A stretch of 64,000 nucleotides of DNA from Octopus vulgaris (Eukaryota): assembly GCA_951406725.2 (NCBI GenBank), contig OX597838.1:38440001-38504000 (forward strand), read 5' to 3'. Shown one piece after another: positions 54,567 through 64,000 of this stretch. A program made the position numbers and the translations under genes. The notes below the pieces were generated by a model that searched no databases, was not told where the DNA came from, and was given only the letters and a program-made list of their open reading frames with translations. Each line of letters opens with the position of its first letter. Position 1 is the first letter of the stretch.

Positions 54567-54799
54567 AATGAGCTGCGACGTCACTGGTACCAAGCTGTAT
54601 CGGCCTCTGCCTTTCCCTTGGATAACATCAGTGGCGTGGAGAGGGGAGGCCGGTATACATGGGTGACTGCTGGTCTTCCATAAAACAACAATGCCCAGAC
54701 TTGTGCCTCGGAGAGTAACTTACTAGATGCAATCCCATGGTCATTCATGACCGAAGGGGGTCACAACAGCAACATATATATATATATATATATTCATGC

Positions 54800-54932
<133 letters not shown>

Positions 54933-55045
54933 TGCACCTATCTGGTCAGCCCCAAGGAAAAACTATGCTAAGAGCACTACATTCCTTGGAAGAAAGCAAC
55001 GAATGTATACGAAAACAAGGACGGAAAAAACTTTGCTCTCTCTCT

Positions 55046-55081
<36 letters not shown>

Positions 55082-55217
55082 ATATATATATATTCGCGAG
55101 ATTTTATAACTAGCTATTTTATTTGTTGTTGCATATCAGTGAGCGATGGTCACTTTGTTTACAATATATCGCTGGCTGAGGAAGATCTTAGCTATCACTC
55201 CAGTGCGTAGGTGGGCG

Positions 55218-55260
55218 CGGCTGAGAATGAGCCAAATAGCTCGAAACTGGGCCAATCCCG
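55218..55260 (+). ncRNA. Degenerate hammerhead fold
   Basis: cgg-CTGAGAAT-gagc-caaata-gctc-GAAA-ctgggccaa-TC-ccg. Confidence 0.4.
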
Positions 55261-55446
55261 AGATCTTTTTAGCTGCTGGAGGGTAGTAACGGTTCACTCC
55301 CCCTACCAGCAATGTATATAACAGGTGCAGAACGGTTCACCAAAAACCATCTGGTGGAGAATATGCCTGGGATTAAACTAGTTCAACTGCCACTTTGATG
55401 TGGTGACTCACTTTATTGTATACACACACATACATACAAACACACA

Positions 55447-59071
<3,625 letters not shown>

Positions 59072-59524
59072 CTCAATGCGTGTTTCGAAGGTAATCACAG
59101 ACACCATGAGAGAGACAAACACACACACATACATGCACACGTACACATATATATATGACAGGCTTCTTCCAGTTTCCGTCTACCAAATCCACTCACAAGG
59201 TTTTTATCGGCCCTCGGCTTTAGTAAAAGACACTTCTCCAAGGTGCCACGCAGTGGGACTGAACATGGGACCGTGTGGTTAGGAATCAAGCTTCTTACCA
59301 CACAGGTACGATTGTATATATATATGTATGTACGTATGTATGTATGTATGTATGTAGGTAGGTAGGTAGGTAGGTAGGTAGGTAAGTAGGTAGGTAGGTA
59401 GGTAGGTAGGTAGGTAGGTAGGTAGGTAGGTAGGTAGGTAGGTAGGTAGGTAGGTAGGTATGCATTTATGTATGTTACATGTATGCATGTATGTATGTGT
59501 ATATGTATGTATTTATGTATGTAT

Positions 59525-59915
59525 AGGCGCACGAGTGGGTGTTTGGTAAGTAGCTTGCTTGCCAACCACATGGTTCCGGGCTCAATCCCACTGTGTGGCA
59601 TCTTGGGCAAGTATGTGGAACTATAGCCTCGGGCCTACCAAAGCCTTGTGAGTGGATTTGGTAGTCGGAAACTGAAAGAGCCCGTCGTATATATATACGT
59701 ATATATATATATATGTGTGTGTGTGTGTAATTTTGTATGTCTGTGTTTGTCCCCCCACCATCGTTTGACAACCGATGTTAGATTGTTCACTTCCCCGTAA
59801 ATTAGCGGTTCGGCAAAAGAAATCGATAGAATAAGTACTGGGGTCGATTTGTTCGACTAAAGGCGGTGCTCCAGCATGGCCACAATCAACTGACTGAAAC
59901 AAATAACTAAAATAA
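59525..59915 (+). mobile_element. SINE family A
   Basis: Homology; an oppositely oriented 5' half lies at 59150-59310. Confidence 0.88.
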
Positions 59916-59974
59916 AGAATACATGTATGTATATATGTATGTATGCATCTATTTATGTATGAATGTATGTATAT

Positions 59975-60040
59975 GTATAGTCACATCATAGCAGGGACTT
60001 CGTATGTTCATATGAAGGCCCTGCTATGATGTGACTATAC
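59975..60040. other. 66-nt near-perfect hairpin
   Basis: GTATAGTCACATCATAGCAGGG pairs perfectly with CCCTGCTATGATGTGACTATAC. Confidence 0.9.
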
Positions 60041-60050
60041 CTTCATGCAA

Positions 60051-60280
60051 GCGGTGAGCTGGCAGAAACGTTAGCACGCCGGGCGAAATGCGTAGTTGTA
60101 TTTCGTCTGCCGTTACGTTCTGAGTTCAAATTCCGCCGAGGTCGACTTTGCCTTTCATCCTTTCGGGGTCGATTAAATAAGTACCAGTTACGCACTGGGG
60201 TCGATATAATCGACTTAACCCGTTTGTCTGTCATTGTTTGTCCCCTCTGTGTTTAGCCCCTTGTGGGTAGTAAAGAAATA
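60051..60280 (+). mobile_element. SINE family B with 15-bp TSD
   Basis: TSD TATACCTTCATGCAA at 60036-60050 and 60281-60295. Confidence 0.93.
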
Positions 60281-60829
60281 TATACCTTCATGCAAACTCA
60301 GCTAAACGACTTCAACTCAAATTCTAGTCTCTTAAAATGAAAACGGACGGAAAACACTTCGTGTAACGCAGTTCTGCAGATCCCACTGTGTGCAAATAAC
60401 AATGTAGAATAGTTATGGCAGTAATTCCTGCAATCATAGATTAGATTGATTAAGACCCAACTGGAGCTAAACATCAATTCAGGGAAACAATTAGCCGCCG
60501 CTAACCTCATAGTCACCTTCATCATTTTCGTACTTTGACGGTTCCGTATCAACAATCTATATTTGATTTTAGGTTAAATATCCATAATAAGACGGTAGGA
60601 AGCTTCCCAACTTGCATTGCCTCCATCGTTTGATTTTGTGATGCATAGGTTCCGATCACGAAGGTTCAGACAATAATAACTATTTATTGTCTTTGTGCGT
60701 GGGGTGAATACTTATCTAATAGTAATATATATCACACACATAAATACACACACACACATCACAAACGCACTTGCTCAAGCAAAAGTAGACATACATATAT
60801 ATATATTTATATATACATACAAACATATA

Positions 60830-60887
<58 letters not shown>

Positions 60888-61003
60888 CGTGTATATACAC
60901 ACTTATATGTAAAATATATGTATGTTTCTCTCTGCCTTTCTCTCTATATATTTTTATGTATATATAATTATATATATATATATATTATATATATATATAT
61001 GTA

Positions 61004-61042
<39 letters not shown>

Positions 61043-61100
61043 ATCAAATATATATATATATGTATATATATGTAAGTATATATAAATATATATGTATATA

Positions 61101-61148
<48 letters not shown>

Positions 61149-61155
61149 TATATAC

Positions 61156-61212
<57 letters not shown>

Positions 61213-61514
61213 TATATCAATGCAGAAGTCTATTTATCAACCTGATATCTTTCTCTCCTTTTCCCTCAATGCCTCTGTGTTTCTATATACACATATTATG
61301 CGTATATATCTCTGAGCGTGTATGCCCTGCGTGTACATGAGTTAGTGTATATGCGTGTCACTGTGTATTCGTGTTTGTGTGCGCGCGAGAGAGAACATAT
61401 ATATCTATTGATATACACATAGATGGATACAGCCATATATACCTTTCAAAATATATGTTTCTATAAAATTATATAAATCACTACAATACTTTCAGCTATA
61501 CATACATACATACC

Positions 61515-61688
<174 letters not shown>

Positions 61689-61970
61689 TATTCATATACA
61701 TATATATATAAAGCAACCCGAACCCTAGTTTTCTGGGAATTAAACGTGTAATGACAATTAATCAACAGATTTATTCATTTAATTTGACATTAGTTTCACC
61801 ACTGTCTCTCTGAGATGATTTTGTAGTAGAGTACTTAGCGAAATCCTCTAATGGATATATACGGGTGTGTGTGTGTGTGTGTGTGCACATATATCTCTAG
61901 GTATATGTATATATATAGATTGATATTTACATATGTATAATATTTATATATGCATATAGATATATATGCT

Positions 61971-62014
<44 letters not shown>

Positions 62015-62069
62015 TATATACATATATATATATATGCATATACATATATATATATATATATATATAGAT

Positions 62070-62112
<43 letters not shown>

Positions 62113-62170
62113 TAGATAGATAGATAGATAGATAGATAGATGGATGGATAGATATGCTAGAAGAAACAGG

Positions 62171-62234
<64 letters not shown>

Positions 62235-62277
62235 AATGCATAAATATAACAGACACACACACAGACGCATAGACACT

Positions 62278-62314
<37 letters not shown>

Positions 62315-62699
62315 GTATGTACGCATGCAGAGTTTACCAGAATCAATGTTAAATGCATATTTAAAGTGTTTTGGAAAGCCACTACAATACAATTGGCAAT
62401 GGAAGCAAAAGAAAAATCGGCTGAAACAATGGTTTTCATTTTTAACATATATTTCAATTTTTCATTTTAAAACTTTAATCTCGAAAGTAAATGGAGATTG
62501 AGAGCTAAGCACTTATCTGCGCACATATATGAGTATTGATGCTTAAGCTTGCTACGTGAGCGCATTTGTAGAGGTACGGTGGTTAATTTACATCACGCAA
62601 TTCTTGCATGTTGTTAATAGAAGGATGCTTCATGGCTGTTATCCATTATTAGTCTTTTAGAACCGCATGTTGTTCGTGATTGTATCTCCTTTGCTGCTT

Positions 62700-63630
62700 C
62701 TGTTTTCTGTCGGAAAGTTTTCATTCCCTACGTGGGCGGTCTCAGTTATAAGCTTCTCAATGATCTGATTCGTATTGCGCAAATAGATCCTTGTTAGCAG
62801 TGCTCTGTTTTCCCTGCTTCCGTTTGAACACAGCAACGCGAATTTGAGTTTATTTAAAGACTATCACAAAGTGTTGAAGGATGCTATAGTGAAAGGCAAT
62901 TCCCCACAGAGACTCTCACTGGACATTATCAAATACTCTTTTACTCTTTTACTCTTTTACTTGTTTCAATCATTTGACTGCGGCCATGCTGGAGCACCGC
63001 CTTTAGTCGAGCAACTCGACCCCTGGACTTATTCTTTGTAAGCCCAGTACTTATTCTATCGGTCTCTTTTGCCGAACCGCTAAGTGACGGGGACATAAAC
63101 ATACAAGCATCGGTTGTCAAGCAATGCTAGGGGGAGAAACACAGACACACAAACACACACACGCATATATATATATACATATATACGACAGGCTTCTTTC
63201 AGTTTCCGTCTACCAAATCCACTCACAAGGCATTGGTCGGCCCGGAACCATGTGGTTGGTTAGCAAGCTACTTACCACACAGCCACTCCATACCTGTCTT
63301 AAAGCCAATAAACATCAGCTTCTGTGATCTTTGGTGCTCAGTACACTGTTCAATAATATTTCTCAGCGTGAAGTCAACAAAATAAGTACCAGTTGAACAC
63401 TTGGGTCGATGTAATCGACTTACCTCTTCCCCGCTAAAGGTTGCTGGCCTTGTGCTAAAATTTGAAACCAGTATTTCTGAGTGTGAATATTTGTTTAGTA
63501 CAAGATCGGTTGTTAGGAAATTCAGCTTGTTCCTTTCGTAATACTGCGTCCACAGCCTCTTGCAGCCTGTTTAGAAGCACTGTGCAGAAAACTTTACCAG
63601 GTACTGACTGCAATTAGACGGGACGGCACC
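62700..63630 (-). pseudogene. RTE LINE reverse-transcriptase remnant interrupted by two SINEs
   Basis: SVPGKVFCTVLLNRL...LRKEQAEF..NRSCTKQIFTLRNIIEQC...ESLWGI; SINE A at 62933-63292, SINE B fragment at 63373-63470. Confidence 0.85.
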
Positions 63631-63639
63631 GTAAAAATC

Positions 63640-63900
63640 GATAGAAATCCAGACTTTTTCAACCAAAAATGCTTCTGGTAAGACCACAAATAATCAATGA
63701 AGATATTGTAAAGGGAGGCAACACAAGATTATTTAACACAATAATCACAGAACGAAACTCAGAACTATCGGGTCACGCACGATGGTTACCAGAACAGCGC
63801 CTTTCTAATACAGCTTTAAAATGGACACCACCGGAGGATAAAAGAAAAAGATGTAGGAAAAGTACATGACACAGAATATTCATAAACGCTTTTTAATTAT
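63640..63900 (+). pseudogene. RTE LINE C-terminal remnant
   Basis: GHARWLPEQRLSNTALKWTPPEDKRKR. Confidence 0.75.
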
Positions 63901-64000
63901 GGCCTAATAAAATATATTTGTAGTACTTTTTCCCCTCGTCGTCATCATGTATCCTAAGTTGTTTTGCCATTTGTTGATGACACTACAAAGAAAGACTTTC

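Overview
AT-rich eukaryotic (animal) genomic DNA that is almost entirely microsatellite and transposable-element derived. The SINE families and the (TA)n/(CA)n/(GATA)n density suggest an octopus or other coleoid cephalopod; this is inference and was not tested. No intact host gene is evident, and nearly all ORFs in the track are microsatellite or SINE translation artefacts. Identifiable content: four tRNA-derived SINE families; Tc1, mariner, maT and Chapaev3-like DNA transposon relics; Helitron Rep/PIF1 fragments and non-autonomous Helitrons; and CR1, RTE and R4/Dong LINE fragments. Highlights: (1) about ten dispersed minimal type-I hammerhead ribozyme folds with palindromic stem III, in short cassettes of several different sequences mostly embedded in TA repeats (Penelope-pLTR/retrozyme-like), two of them essentially perfect (13220-13291 +, 16990-17050 -); (2) a 2.27-kb non-LTR element with a perfect 15-bp TSD that encodes only a gag/ORF1-like CCHC protein and no RT (HAL1-like, 33471-35735); (3) SINE arrays whose units restart at a fixed internal point; (4) an unidentified ~250-codon decayed reading frame (38750-39496). 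All folds and alignments were read by eye, and element boundaries are approximate unless a TSD or TIR is quoted.
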